Origin: an uncultured Candidatus Peribacteria bacterium
GTDB lineage: Bacteria; Patescibacteriota; Gracilibacteria; UBA4473
Length of the DNA stretch: 59,273 nt
Assembly: GCA_964592695.1 (NCBI GenBank)
Contig: CAZQFO010000001.1
Location: forward strand, 1-59,273
Reading direction: 5' to 3'
Below the pieces are notes generated by a model that was given only the letters and a program-made list of their open reading frames with translations, searched no databases and was not told the origin of the DNA. Made by a program: the position numbers and the translations under genes. Of this stretch, positions 1 through 8,807 are shown piece by piece; the stretch's first letter is position 1; each line of letters opens with the position of its first letter.

Positions 1-928
1 GAATGGCGATTAATTTTTCTGGGCTTTCTTTCAGGCTTTCAGATTCTAATTTTAATTCATCAGGAGCACGACCACCATATTTTTTTAGGTAGTTTTGGAT
101 AGCTGTAGTTAGTGGATGAGTATTAAAATCCTTTTTCAATAATTCCCAGATTTTTTCCGAAGAATTATTTTTTTTGAACAAAGATGAAACACCTGTATCT
201 TTAGTAATTTTTTTTGCTAAAGATTGGATTTCAAATCCAGGATCCAACGAAGTTAATGATTTATGCGAACTCAGTCTGAGAAAAGGATATATTCCATTTT
301 TTCCAATATGCTTCTGATAGTATTTATCGGCCATGCCGCTTGAAATCATAACAGCAAGGTCATTTGCAATCGGAACTCGAAAACGCCCAATAAATTCGTG
401 TACCAATTTGTGATATAAGCTTCGAAGTTTATCAGGAGATAGTTCATCTAATTCAATTTTGTTAATTTCTTCGTATTTTTTATCAAAATGTTGGTTGAAC
501 TTTCGAATAGATCTTCCCATAAAAATAAATGCAAAAGTGATTTTTCCCACCTGAAAAAGAAGGACCGGAAGGTCTATTAAATATTTTGAGACAAAGCCAT
601 TTTTTAGTTCTTTTTTGAAATTGTGCGTTTTTTGTACTCCCAACATTTGTTCCAAAAATTCATGGTTCCATTTATATCCGGGAAGAAGTGAAACCAGCTT
701 GTACCAATTAAGCAGGTCATAGTACATCCTAAATCCAATAAATTCCACCATATGTGGAAACATAGTTTTTTTGTTGGCGATAATTATTTTTTCGGAAACG
801 CCCATCATAAGACAAAAATGCTGGTATACGCCTTCATACATTTTTGTCGCAAAGGAAAACGTTAACGGAGTTGTGGTTCCCGCATAACTTTCAGCCAGAT
901 TCGAATTATCGTATATTTTTTGTGTCAT
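1..928 (-). CDS. PEP/pyruvate-binding (PEP-utilising enzyme, PEP synthase-like) protein, N-terminal part. The C-terminus lies beyond the left window edge.
   Basis: Minus-strand frame is open from the ATG at 926-928 to the window edge; it is absent from the ORF track because it is truncated. My translation begins MTQKIYDNSNLAESYAGTTTPLTFSFATKMYEGVYQHF and ends ..KKYGGRAPDELKLESE, a pattern typical of PPDK_N-type domains. ATGA start/stop overlap with the upstream gene at 925-928. Confidence 0.55.
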   Translation of the reverse strand, partial: MTQKIYDNSNLAESYAGTTTPLTFSFATKMYEGVYQHFCLMMGVSEKIIIANKKTMFPHMVEFIGFRMYYDLLNWYKLVSLLPGYKWNHEFLEQMLGVQKTHNFKKELKNGFVSKYLIDLPVLLFQVGKITFAFIFMGRSIRKFNQHFDKKYEEINKIELDELSPDKLRSLYHKLVHEFIGRFRVPIANDLAVMISSGMADKYYQKHIGKNGIYPFLRLSSHKSLTSLDPGFEIQSLAKKITKDTGVSSLFKKNNSSEKIWELLKKDFNTHPLTTAIQNYLKKYGGRAPDELKLESESLKESPEKLIAI

Positions 929-1845
929 AATATTTTTGCTCCCAGTATATGAATTACAAAAGCAATGTCAGCCAATACAACAAATAATATTGAGGTACCG
1001 AAGACATTTTTTGCTGTTTTTTGCGTTGGTTTCTCTGTAAACTTAATGACATTAAAAAGAAATAAAATAAATATTAGGAGTGATATTCCACATGAGATAA
1101 ATGAATTAGATACTAAATAATTTTCTGTAAGAAACTGGAAAATTAAAGTTGCGAATGCGAGTGATGAGACGATTATACTCGCTCCTACAATCCCGTACTG
1201 AGCCGTATAAGTATCTTTTGATGGAATTTCCAATTCCTTTGGTCGCATCTTTCTAGCTATTTCCAGTAAGAAAAACTGACAAAATAAAAATCCGATTAAA
1301 TACCAAAAAAATGGTGTTTCAATTTGATTTGGTAAAAAACCATTTAGACTAAAAAGATACCAATACAGAGGTATCAAAATAATCTCATGAGAGAGGATAT
1401 ATGCCGTAAAATGTGTCTTTAGCCATTTGGGAACAAAAAACTCTTTAAACATCAATGCTGAATAGCAAAACATGATGATAAAAAACATCATTGAATTCCA
1501 GCCCTGATACATTCCCAACATGATTTCCGAACCAATAACAATCCAGGTGGCTACAGTAATTTCTTTGAGTGTTATTAACCCTCTTGGTACGGGGCGATCC
1601 TGATAATGTTCACAATCATGTTCGTGATCTTTGAATTCATCAAAAAAACGAAGCCTTAATAAAAAAAGAAATAGCGCAAAAAATGTGACAAAAATTCCCC
1701 ACAAGTCGATTATTTTTCCAAAAAGATATGTCTGCGTGGCAATCCCAGAACACAACGCTAAAATCAAAGATAAGGCACCAAATTGGCTTAATTTGAAGCG
1801 TTCGATGGAGTATTGATAATACTTTTTTAGTGAGTTATTCATCAT
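925..1845 (-). CDS. UbiA-family prenyltransferase-like polytopic membrane protein
   Basis: 306 aa with about 8 hydrophobic segments. It has an Asp-rich loop FFDEFKDHEHDCEHYQDRPVPRGLI resembling the UbiA NxxxDxxxD..DRP motif. Translationally coupled to the downstream PEP-binding gene. Confidence 0.5.
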   Translation of the reverse strand: MMNNSLKKYYQYSIERFKLSQFGALSLILALCSGIATQTYLFGKIIDLWGIFVTFFALFLFLLRLRFFDEFKDHEHDCEHYQDRPVPRGLITLKEITVATWIVIGSEIMLGMYQGWNSMMFFIIMFCYSALMFKEFFVPKWLKTHFTAYILSHEIILIPLYWYLFSLNGFLPNQIETPFFWYLIGFLFCQFFLLEIARKMRPKELEIPSKDTYTAQYGIVGASIIVSSLAFATLIFQFLTENYLVSNSFISCGISLLIFILFLFNVIKFTEKPTQKTAKNVFGTSILFVVLADIAFVIHILGAKIL

Positions 1846-1951
1846 TCTTAAGTTTTGACCCAGACTATACTATTATACGGAAATAAAGTCAAAATCTTAT
1901 ATAAATGTAATAAAACTTGATATTTGTGTTAATGTAATTAAGTTTTTGTTG

Positions 1952-2554
1952 ATGACTATGAATATTGATGAGAAAAAATATCGTGTTTTAAAACTACTTA
2001 GAAACCGATTTAGGATAGCTAATGCACAGAAGCAAGAAGATCCTCATTGGAACAAGGACTTTTATTGGGATGAGCTTAAATCAGAATTGCCATTAGAAGA
2101 TTTTGAAATTGAACTCATTCTTGAAGGATTTGAAGAAGAAAAAGTTATTAAAATCCACATAACTCCAGATGCAATAGTTAGGCCTATTGGGGGAGAGGTG
2201 ATGAATTACCCATTTTATAACATATATCCAACTGACAAGTTTGAAGCTGCTTATCTACAATACAGAAATAAATTACAATCCAGTCTTTTTTCTAGGAAGG
2301 ATGAAGTTGGGGAACTGCTTCCAAAAGATGGTAAAGAAAGAGATGTTTGGAAGTATATGAAAAATTTACAAAAGGGAACTGAAGTTGAGTGGGAAGATGT
2401 TTTTGAAGCAATGGAAAATCATAAAACTATAAATCCAAAACAAGATTGGAAAGTAATTAATAGTGCAATTCGTCGAATAAATGAAAAAACAAAAATGGTT
2501 GGGATTGGTAGAGTTTTACAATATAAAGATAAAATCGTAACAAGATTGATTTAG
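1952..2554 (+). CDS. Hypothetical protein, possible C-terminal winged-helix DNA-binding region
   Basis: Track ORF 1946..2554; the first ATG is at 1952. The C-terminus WKVINSAIRRINEKTKMVGIGRVLQYKDKIVTRLI resembles OmpR/trans_reg_C-type wHTH. Confidence 0.45.
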   Translation: MTMNIDEKKYRVLKLLRNRFRIANAQKQEDPHWNKDFYWDELKSELPLEDFEIELILEGFEEEKVIKIHITPDAIVRPIGGEVMNYPFYNIYPTDKFEAAYLQYRNKLQSSLFSRKDEVGELLPKDGKERDVWKYMKNLQKGTEVEWEDVFEAMENHKTINPKQDWKVINSAIRRINEKTKMVGIGRVLQYKDKIVTRLI

Positions 2555-2634
2555 TCGCGTAAGTTGCGCGAACTGACGCAACCATGAGTTCGTATAATGA
2601 GACATAATTTCTTATTGTTTCTCATTATTTTTTT

Positions 2635-2868
2635 ATGAACAATTTATTCAAAACCCCCTGCACACAATTAAGTAGTGCACTAATCAGTTATGGGATTCCC
2701 ATCATATCAATGAAAAAAATGGATGATGGAAGAGTTTTCTTTTTCTTTAAAAAATCAATACATCTCAATCGAGTAATTGAAAAATATTATAGCAAAGATT
2801 TTCCGATTGATGCCCAAACCTTATTGCTTGAAAACAAAACACTCAAACAAAGAATTTCTAATCTCTAA
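2635..2868 (+). CDS. Hypothetical protein (77 aa)
   Basis: Track ORF, same strand as the element genes; its stop abuts the next small ORF. Confidence 0.4.
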   Translation: MNNLFKTPCTQLSSALISYGIPIISMKKMDDGRVFFFFKKSIHLNRVIEKYYSKDFPIDAQTLLLENKTLKQRISNL

Positions 2869-3018
2869 ATGAAACTTCCTCCAGAAGCAGTTTCCTCTTT
2901 TGCTGAACTTTATAAAAAAAAGTTTGGAATTGAGATGCCGGTTGGGGAGGCACAAATCAAGGCAACTGAATTATTGAAGCTCTACGCTTTGGCCAAGGGA
3001 CGCAAAAATATCATTTAA
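2869..3018 (+). CDS. Small hypothetical protein (49 aa)
   Basis: ATG at 2869 immediately follows the TAA at 2866-2868. Read by eye as MKLPPEAVSSFAELYKKKFGIEMPVGEAQIKATELLKLYALAKGRKNII. Below the track length cutoff. Confidence 0.3.
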   Translation: MKLPPEAVSSFAELYKKKFGIEMPVGEAQIKATELLKLYALAKGRKNII

Positions 3019-3030
3019 TTTATTCTATTT

Positions 3031-5325
3031 ATGACCATTGATTCCAATCCGATCTTGCAAGCTGCCCTAGAATATCAAAGAAAAGGATTTTCCGTAATTC
3101 CTGTCCATACTAAATCCAAGAAGCCTTGTTTTACTTGGAAAGGGTTTCAGAAAAAAAGTGCGACAGAGGAGCAGATAAAAAAATGGTGGGGGAAAAGACC
3201 AAAAGCAAATATCGGAATCGTTACAGGAGAAGTATCAGGAATCGTAGTGGTTGATATCGATAAAGAAGAAATTCCTGATTGGCTACCAGAGACTTTATGT
3301 TCCAAAACAAGTAAAGGTTGGCACTACTATTACAAATATGATCCTACGAGGCCAATTCATAACAATGTTCAGGTTTTAGGAGAGAATATAGATATTAGAG
3401 GAGAAGGCGGTTATGTAGTAGCTCCACCATCTACTCATGAGTCTGGAGAAAAGTATGAATGGAGGAATGAGTTTAATATTTTAGAATTAGCCGAATTTCC
3501 ATACGAAATTTTCAGTCAGACAGAAGAACAAAAAAAATCAGAAAAAAACGATGATGGAAGTAAAGCCAAAAAAGTTAATCGTGAAGGATCTAGAAACAAC
3601 GCTACTACAAAATTTATTGGATCCATTTTAAAAAAAATAGATCAAAGTCTTTGGGATACTGTTGGCTGGGAAGAAGTTAAGAGGTGGAATAATGAGAAAA
3701 ATAGCCCACCTTTGGATGAGGATGAATTAAGAACAATTTGGAATAGTATAAAAAAGAAAGAGATAAATTCACAAAAAGACAGAAAATCTGGTCCGGCGGA
3801 AGAGTTGATTGAGCTTGTTATTAATCAAGGAGCTGTATTTTTTCATACACCACTAAAAGAACCTTTTGTTAGAATAATAGTTAATGATCACCTAGAAAAC
3901 TTTTGGTGTAAAAGCGAATTCTTCAAACATTGGTTAGGTGGTCAGTTTTGGGATGAGACAAACACATCATTATCTTCGGATCATTTAAATAAAGCCCTAG
4001 GAGTATTCAATGCAAAGGCTCTTTTTTCAGGAAAAGAACATCAACTTAATAATCGTGTGTCCGAGCAGGAAAATATTATCTGGTATGATCTAGTGAATGA
4101 AAAATGGCAAGCGGTAAAAATCACGAAATCCGGCTGGAAAATAGAGAATGAAGTTCCAGTTCTTTTCGAGAGGCAAAAACATCAAAAACCCCACTTTTTG
4201 CCACAAAGAAATGGAGATGTGAAAAAATTTCTAGACTTCATAAATATAAAAAATAAAAAGCACCAATTATTGATTTTGGTATGGTTAATATCCTGCTTTG
4301 TACCAAATTTCCCTCACCCAATTCTAATTATTAAGGGGCAAAAAGGAGCGGCTAAATCAGGACTCACAAAATTATTAAGGGAGGTGATAGATCCGTCCGT
4401 AATGGACAAAATATCTTTTCCCAAAAATGCTCGAGAATTTCCCCAGTTAATTGGGCATCACTGGCTACTGCCTTTTGATAATATTCGAAAATTAACTCAC
4501 GAACAATCAGATATGCTGTGCAAAGCTGTAACAGGAGATTCGGTTTCTGTTCGTGAATTATTTACTAACGATGAAGACGTAATCCGAAAATATCAGAGGT
4601 GCTTTATCCTCAATGGAATTAATTTGGTAGCTGACCAATCAGATCTTTTGGATCGCTCAATTATTATCGAATTGAGCAAAATCGAAAACCCAAAACCAGA
4701 ACGGGAAATATTTTCGAACTTTGAAAAAATCCTGCCAGATATTCTAGGTGGGATTTTTGATATTTTGGTTAAAACTTTGGAAATATACCCTGATATAAAG
4801 ATTAATCAGAATCTTCCTCGTATGGCTGATTTTACCATATGGGGATGTGCAATCTCTCGAGCTGTTGGATATTCAGAGACCGAATTTCTAGATGCTTATT
4901 TTGAAAATATTAATCAGGCTAACGATAGTGTTCTTGAAGAAAGTGTTACTGCTCAGCTCATCCTAGAATTTTTGGATGAGAATAATCCATGGACGGGAAC
5001 TATGACTGATCTATTACGTGATTTAAAGTGTTTGGCTGAGAAAAAGGATGTGCCAAAAATCGAACAACCGAAAAGAGCAAATAAACTGAGTAGAGAGATA
5101 AATATAATCAAGCCAAATCTAGAAGCTGAAGGAGTACGGATACATAAAAAATTTGGGAAGGAGAAATTGTGGCATTTTGAAAAACTGGAAATCATCGATG
5201 ACATAGAAACTATCGTCGATAATCAATCCCCTACACGAAAAGTTGTTGACGATAGCGTCGATAACGACGATGAAAATGCAATATTTAAGCCAGAAGATAA
5301 TATTCCAGAATTTTGGAGTTCTTAA
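3031..5325 (+). CDS. Bifunctional primase-polymerase (PrimPol) with PriCT-like domain and C-terminal P-loop NTPase/helicase-like domain
   Basis: N-terminus FSVIPVHTKSKKPCFTWKGFQ..IGIVTGEVSGIVVVDIDK..SKGWHYYYKY..DIRGEGGYVVAPPSTHESGEKYEW is a classic Prim-Pol signature. EGSRNNATTKFIGSIL..NSPPLDEDELRTIWNSI is PriCT-like. Walker A-like GQKGAAKSGLTKLL. Confidence 0.85.
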   Translation: MTIDSNPILQAALEYQRKGFSVIPVHTKSKKPCFTWKGFQKKSATEEQIKKWWGKRPKANIGIVTGEVSGIVVVDIDKEEIPDWLPETLCSKTSKGWHYYYKYDPTRPIHNNVQVLGENIDIRGEGGYVVAPPSTHESGEKYEWRNEFNILELAEFPYEIFSQTEEQKKSEKNDDGSKAKKVNREGSRNNATTKFIGSILKKIDQSLWDTVGWEEVKRWNNEKNSPPLDEDELRTIWNSIKKKEINSQKDRKSGPAEELIELVINQGAVFFHTPLKEPFVRIIVNDHLENFWCKSEFFKHWLGGQFWDETNTSLSSDHLNKALGVFNAKALFSGKEHQLNNRVSEQENIIWYDLVNEKWQAVKITKSGWKIENEVPVLFERQKHQKPHFLPQRNGDVKKFLDFINIKNKKHQLLILVWLISCFVPNFPHPILIIKGQKGAAKSGLTKLLREVIDPSVMDKISFPKNAREFPQLIGHHWLLPFDNIRKLTHEQSDMLCKAVTGDSVSVRELFTNDEDVIRKYQRCFILNGINLVADQSDLLDRSIIIELSKIENPKPEREIFSNFEKILPDILGGIFDILVKTLEIYPDIKINQNLPRMADFTIWGCAISRAVGYSETEFLDAYFENINQANDSVLEESVTAQLILEFLDENNPWTGTMTDLLRDLKCLAEKKDVPKIEQPKRANKLSREINIIKPNLEAEGVRIHKKFGKEKLWHFEKLEIIDDIETIVDNQSPTRKVVDDSVDNDDENAIFKPEDNIPEFWSS

Positions 5326-5422
5326 ATTTTTTTTCTATGAAAAACCAGCAATCTCGAGCACCCCCATATTTCCAAATTTTAGTTGTTTTTATTTTTATTT
5401 CTATTTTTTAACAATTTTTAAG

Positions 5423-5941
5423 ATGGCAACTGATGATACCATATTCAAATCAGCATCAAAGCAAGAAGCGATACTAATTCCTGCTGGAAAAGCATACTTT
5501 CAACTAAAAAACATCGATGCAATTAAAGATCTATCATTTGAAGCAAAAAAGAATTTTTTTTCACAAAATGAACGCTACCCCACGCAAGAAGACATTGAGA
5601 AAATTCCTGAAAATAAAAAACAGGATCGATGGTTATTCATTTTTAAAGTTTTTCTGATGGGAGAAGATGGATTTCTCGAAGATTTTGGAGAGGAATTTAA
5701 AAAGAGCGAATCACCTAGTATGAAAATTTACAAGGGCACTTCAAGTAATTCATTGAAGATAATTTCTGCTTTGATGGGAGAAAAAAATCACACAACCCTA
5801 GAAGATAGCGAATTTAGGCTTGGTGATGTTAAAGGTAAGATGGCAGAAGTTAACGTTTTAATCACAAAATCAGGATCTGGTAGGGAATATAATAAGGTTG
5901 ATGGTTGGTTCCCATGTGATTTGGATCCGCCTCAGGATTAA
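5423..5941 (+). CDS. Hypothetical protein (172 aa)
   Basis: The track ORF 5243..5941 overlaps the primase 3' end. The plausible start is the ATG at 5423 (MATDDTIFKS...). A strong hairpin follows. Confidence 0.5.
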   Translation: MATDDTIFKSASKQEAILIPAGKAYFQLKNIDAIKDLSFEAKKNFFSQNERYPTQEDIEKIPENKKQDRWLFIFKVFLMGEDGFLEDFGEEFKKSESPSMKIYKGTSSNSLKIISALMGEKNHTTLEDSEFRLGDVKGKMAEVNVLITKSGSGREYNKVDGWFPCDLDPPQD

Positions 5942-5947
5942 AAAACA

Positions 5948-5990
5948 GGACTTCCCTTTGTTGATACAAGGGGAAGTCCGTCTCTCTATT
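5948..5990 (+). terminator. Intrinsic terminator-like hairpin
   Basis: Stem of 13 bp (including one G-U) between 5948-5960 and 5967-5979 (ggacttccctttg/caaggggaagtcc), with a 6-nt loop and a T-rich tail. Confidence 0.55.
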
Positions 5991-6073
5991 TATTATTAAA
6001 ACATATATGATTCTAGAAAGTAAAGTAAAATAAAATATTACCCCCTCCCCCTATAACTTAACTTATAAAAAAC

Positions 6074-6451
6074 ATGAAGTGCAAACTCCAAAATAATTCG
6101 AAAAAAAACTGCCAAGCTAATGCTATGGAAAATAGTGATTACTGTTTTTTCCATAATCCAGACATTCTAGATGAAGAAAAAAAGGCCGTACGACAACAAG
6201 GTGGAAAAAATCGAAACACTATAATTTCTGATCCACTTCCTCCAATCGAAATAAAGGAAGTATCTGATATTGTTATACTGCTTTCTGAAACTATTAACCA
6301 AGTGCGATTTGGAAAAATGGATACCAAAATAGCTAACTGTTTGGGAGTATTGTCTGGCCAACTGATAAAAGCTCTTGAGGTGGCAAATTTAGAAGGAAAA
6401 GTAGAACTTTTGGAGAGGGCGATATTGGAACGCAAAGTAACCATTAGCTAA
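6074..6451 (+). CDS. Hypothetical protein with N-terminal Cys/His (zinc-ribbon-like) motif
   Basis: MKCKLQNNSKKNCQANAMENSDYCFFHNPD followed by QQGGKNR. This pattern recurs in MGE-borne ORFans. Confidence 0.5.
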   Translation: MKCKLQNNSKKNCQANAMENSDYCFFHNPDILDEEKKAVRQQGGKNRNTIISDPLPPIEIKEVSDIVILLSETINQVRFGKMDTKIANCLGVLSGQLIKALEVANLEGKVELLERAILERKVTIS

Positions 6452-6661
6452 ATGACTGTATCAAAACAAAGAATTAGAGCATTAGAAAAAAGTTTGAATT
6501 TAAATCAACCAAGATATTTTTATTGCGAAAAAATATCTGAAAAAGAAATCTATATTTACGAGGGACAGAAATATAATGGTACTGAAGAATTAATGAAAGC
6601 TCATGGAATAAAGGAGTCTGATTATTTAATAATTTTTAACAATTATTCTTCAAAATATTGA
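6452..6661 (+). CDS. Hypothetical protein (69 aa)
   Basis: The start codon directly abuts the stop of the previous ORF (6449-6451/6452-6454). Confidence 0.4.
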   Translation: MTVSKQRIRALEKSLNLNQPRYFYCEKISEKEIYIYEGQKYNGTEELMKAHGIKESDYLIIFNNYSSKY

Positions 6662-6824
6662 TTTGAAATCTTACTAAAAAACATGATTATTAATCCGCAC
6701 TTCACATCATCAATTAAATCAAGAGAGCTGTTTTTGTTGCCCGAAATGGGCAACTCTGCTGACATATTTTCTCTTGAAGATGGTGTTGGAGTGCCAGAGT
6801 TGTCCATTTTAGGTTTTTAGAAAA

Positions 6825-8579
6825 ATGCATGAGAAAAATCATAAATATCGAATGGGTTTGTATCTTCGAAAATCAAGCGAAGATTCCGATCGACAAATAC
6901 TATCAATTGAATCTCAAGAGTCAGAAATGACTGAATTTGCAAAGAAGGAAAAATTTAAAATTGTTCGCACATTCTCAGATGAAGCATCTGCACACAAACC
7001 TTATAATCGTCCTGATTTTATGGCGATGATGCAAGCAATTAATGATGGAGAAATTGATGGAATTCTTACTTGGAAAGCGGACAGGATTGCAAGAGGGATG
7101 CTGGAAGGAGGTCAAGTAATTCACTTACTGCAAAATAGCATATTGAAAATAATACAAACTCGATACATGAGGTTTTTACCCGAAGATAATATGTTGCCTC
7201 TTACTTTAGAGTTTGGAACTGCAAACCAATATTCATTGGATTTATCAAAGAACGTAAAACGAGGAAATAAAACTAAAGTTGATAAAGGAGGTTTTTGCGG
7301 ATTAGCACCTTGTGGATACTTAAACGATACCGGAGAAAAAACGATTTATCCCGATCCAGATCGATTTCATTTAGTTCGAAGTATCTGGGAGATGTATATT
7401 ACGGGCACTTATTCCTTGGCCCAAATATGCAAATATGTAGACAAAGAGTGGGGTTTCCGAACAGTAAAACGAAAAAAGTCTGGTGGAACAAAGTTATCTG
7501 TTTCTTCGCTTCATAAAATTTTTACAAATTCATTCTACTACGGGAAAACGATCAATGGAGATAATGAAAACTGGGGGAATCATCAACCAATGGTTACACC
7601 GAGAGAATATGAAGAAGTACAAAGTATTTTACGAAGAGAAGGGAAAAACAGAACACAGAACTATGATTTTTCTTTTACTGGAAGTATATCTTGCGGTGAG
7701 TGCGGAAGTGCAATTACAGCTGAAGAAAAAGTGAAATATGCTTGTCCAGTTTGTCGAAAGCAACATTCGGCAAAAAATCCTCATAATTGTAATCGCTGTG
7801 GACACAAAATAACAGAGGCCATCATTACAGAAGGAAACTGGTACATTTATTATAGATGTACGAAAAAACAGGGAAAATGCACTCAAAAATACATGAAGGA
7901 AGCAATTTTGGAATCTCAAATCATGAATGTGCTTCAGGACTTAGATATTGATTCAGATTTCGAGAAATGGGCAATTGAGTGGCTGAAGTATTTAAATGAA
8001 GACAACGCCATTGTCACAGAACATCAAACGAAAAGCCTGCAGAAAAGCTTTAACCAAAGTCAGAGAAGATTAAAAAGCCTTCTCGATCTTCGCCTTGATG
8101 GAGATATAGAAAAAAGTGAATTTGAGGCCAAAAAAAAGGAGTTGGAAGCAGAAAGAGATCAATTTGGTTCTCAAATAAAAGAACTAGCTCAAAATTCTGA
8201 TCAATGGATAGAAGACGCTGAAGAAGAGTTTACTTTCGTTAATGGAATATCAAAAAGATTAAAAACAGGAACAATCAAAGAAAAGAAGTATATTTTGTCT
8301 CGAGTTGGCTCGAACCTACGATTAAAAGACCGGCAACTCACTCTGGAAGTGAAAGAACCATATTTGCTAATAAAAAAAGTAAAGGAATCGAAACCGACTT
8401 CGCTCGAACCTCCAAAAAGCCTTATTGATAAAGGATTAATGGATGATTTGAAATCGAGTTATCCACTCTGGCTGGGGCGGAGGGATTCGAACCCCCGAAT
8501 GCCAGGACCAAAACCTGGTGCCTTACCACTTGGCCACGCCCCATTCTGTTGGATTATAACAATCCAATTATTTTTTTAA
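6825..8579 (+). CDS. Large serine recombinase (resolvase N-domain, recombinase domain, Cys-rich zinc ribbon, coiled coil)
   Basis: YLRKSSEDSDRQILSIESQ catalytic-serine motif and GILTWKADRIARG. Cys clusters CGECGS..CPVCRK..CNRCGH..YRCTKKQGKC. Coiled coil LKSLLDLRLDGDIEKSEFEAKKKELEAE. The last ~37 codons are antisense tRNA-Gln and flanking sequence (..GRRDSNPRMPGPKPGALPLGHAP..). Confidence 0.85.
   Translation: MHEKNHKYRMGLYLRKSSEDSDRQILSIESQESEMTEFAKKEKFKIVRTFSDEASAHKPYNRPDFMAMMQAINDGEIDGILTWKADRIARGMLEGGQVIHLLQNSILKIIQTRYMRFLPEDNMLPLTLEFGTANQYSLDLSKNVKRGNKTKVDKGGFCGLAPCGYLNDTGEKTIYPDPDRFHLVRSIWEMYITGTYSLAQICKYVDKEWGFRTVKRKKSGGTKLSVSSLHKIFTNSFYYGKTINGDNENWGNHQPMVTPREYEEVQSILRREGKNRTQNYDFSFTGSISCGECGSAITAEEKVKYACPVCRKQHSAKNPHNCNRCGHKITEAIITEGNWYIYYRCTKKQGKCTQKYMKEAILESQIMNVLQDLDIDSDFEKWAIEWLKYLNEDNAIVTEHQTKSLQKSFNQSQRRLKSLLDLRLDGDIEKSEFEAKKKELEAERDQFGSQIKELAQNSDQWIEDAEEEFTFVNGISKRLKTGTIKEKKYILSRVGSNLRLKDRQLTLEVKEPYLLIKKVKESKPTSLEPPKSLIDKGLMDDLKSSYPLWLGRRDSNPRMPGPKPGALPLGHAPFCWIITIQLFF
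8469..8543 (-). tRNA. tRNA-Gln (anticodon UUG), CCA encoded
   Basis: Hand-folded 75-nt cloverleaf. Acceptor TGGGGCG/CGCCCCA with the U1-A72 pair typical of bacterial tRNA-Gln. Anticodon stem CCAGG/CCTGG with loop TTTTGGT. T arm GGGGG-TTCGAAT-CCCTC. Discriminator G plus CCA. Confidence 0.9.
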
Positions 8580-8581
8580 AC
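8553..8581 (-). promoter_or_regulatory. Candidate promoter of tRNA-Gln (extended -10)
   Basis: The minus strand reads tttaaa-N16-(tgt)TATAAT. The -10 (8553-8558) ends 9 nt upstream of the tRNA 5' end. Confidence 0.4.
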
Positions 8582-8758
8582 CCATTTCCTCCCTTCATTG
8601 ATTTTATGTGGTTTTCTCTTTGTATTGCCGTTGATCTCACCTCATATTTTTTGTAATAGACCAAGGTCATAAAATCTAATTGATGGTAATCAGTTTTATT
8701 TTGAAATCAAATCAAATTTGCACAAATTACTCACTTTACTTTTTTTTCATTAATTAAC

Positions 8759-8787
8759 TTGATTTCAAACCTTTTTTCAAGTATAAT
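8759..8787 (+). promoter_or_regulatory. Sigma-70-type promoter upstream of 8808 gene
   Basis: TTGATT (8759-8764), 17-nt spacer, perfect TATAAT (8782-8787), 20 nt before the ATG. Confidence 0.5.
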
Positions 8788-8807
8788 GCATAGAATAAAA
8801 TAAAAAA

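Larger units (their letters stand above)
1946..8468. mobile_element. Putative integrated element (replication plus serine recombinase module) abutting the 3' end of tRNA-Gln
   Basis: Eight co-directional, tightly packed ORFs. Only a PrimPol-helicase and a large serine recombinase are recognisable; the rest are ORFans. The block sits between housekeeping-type genes and a tRNA. Boundaries are approximate because no flanking direct repeat was found. Confidence 0.55.

Noticed and set aside
1846-1945. Looked for an attR-type direct repeat or tRNA-Gln fragment at the left end of the integrated element
   Set aside because: No match to the tRNA-Gln sequence or to 8544-8600 was seen. The left boundary therefore remains approximate, which is consistent with serine recombinases needing only very short crossover identity.
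5243-5422. N-terminal extensions of track ORFs: 5243-5422, 24390-24473, 27588-27608, 34474-34563, 35187-35216, 22313-22375 and 49593-49610
   Set aside because: The extensions overlap upstream genes or encode implausible Phe/Tyr-rich leaders. Internal ATGs give native-looking N-termini such as signal peptides, MFTGIIEE and MKILGIDPG.
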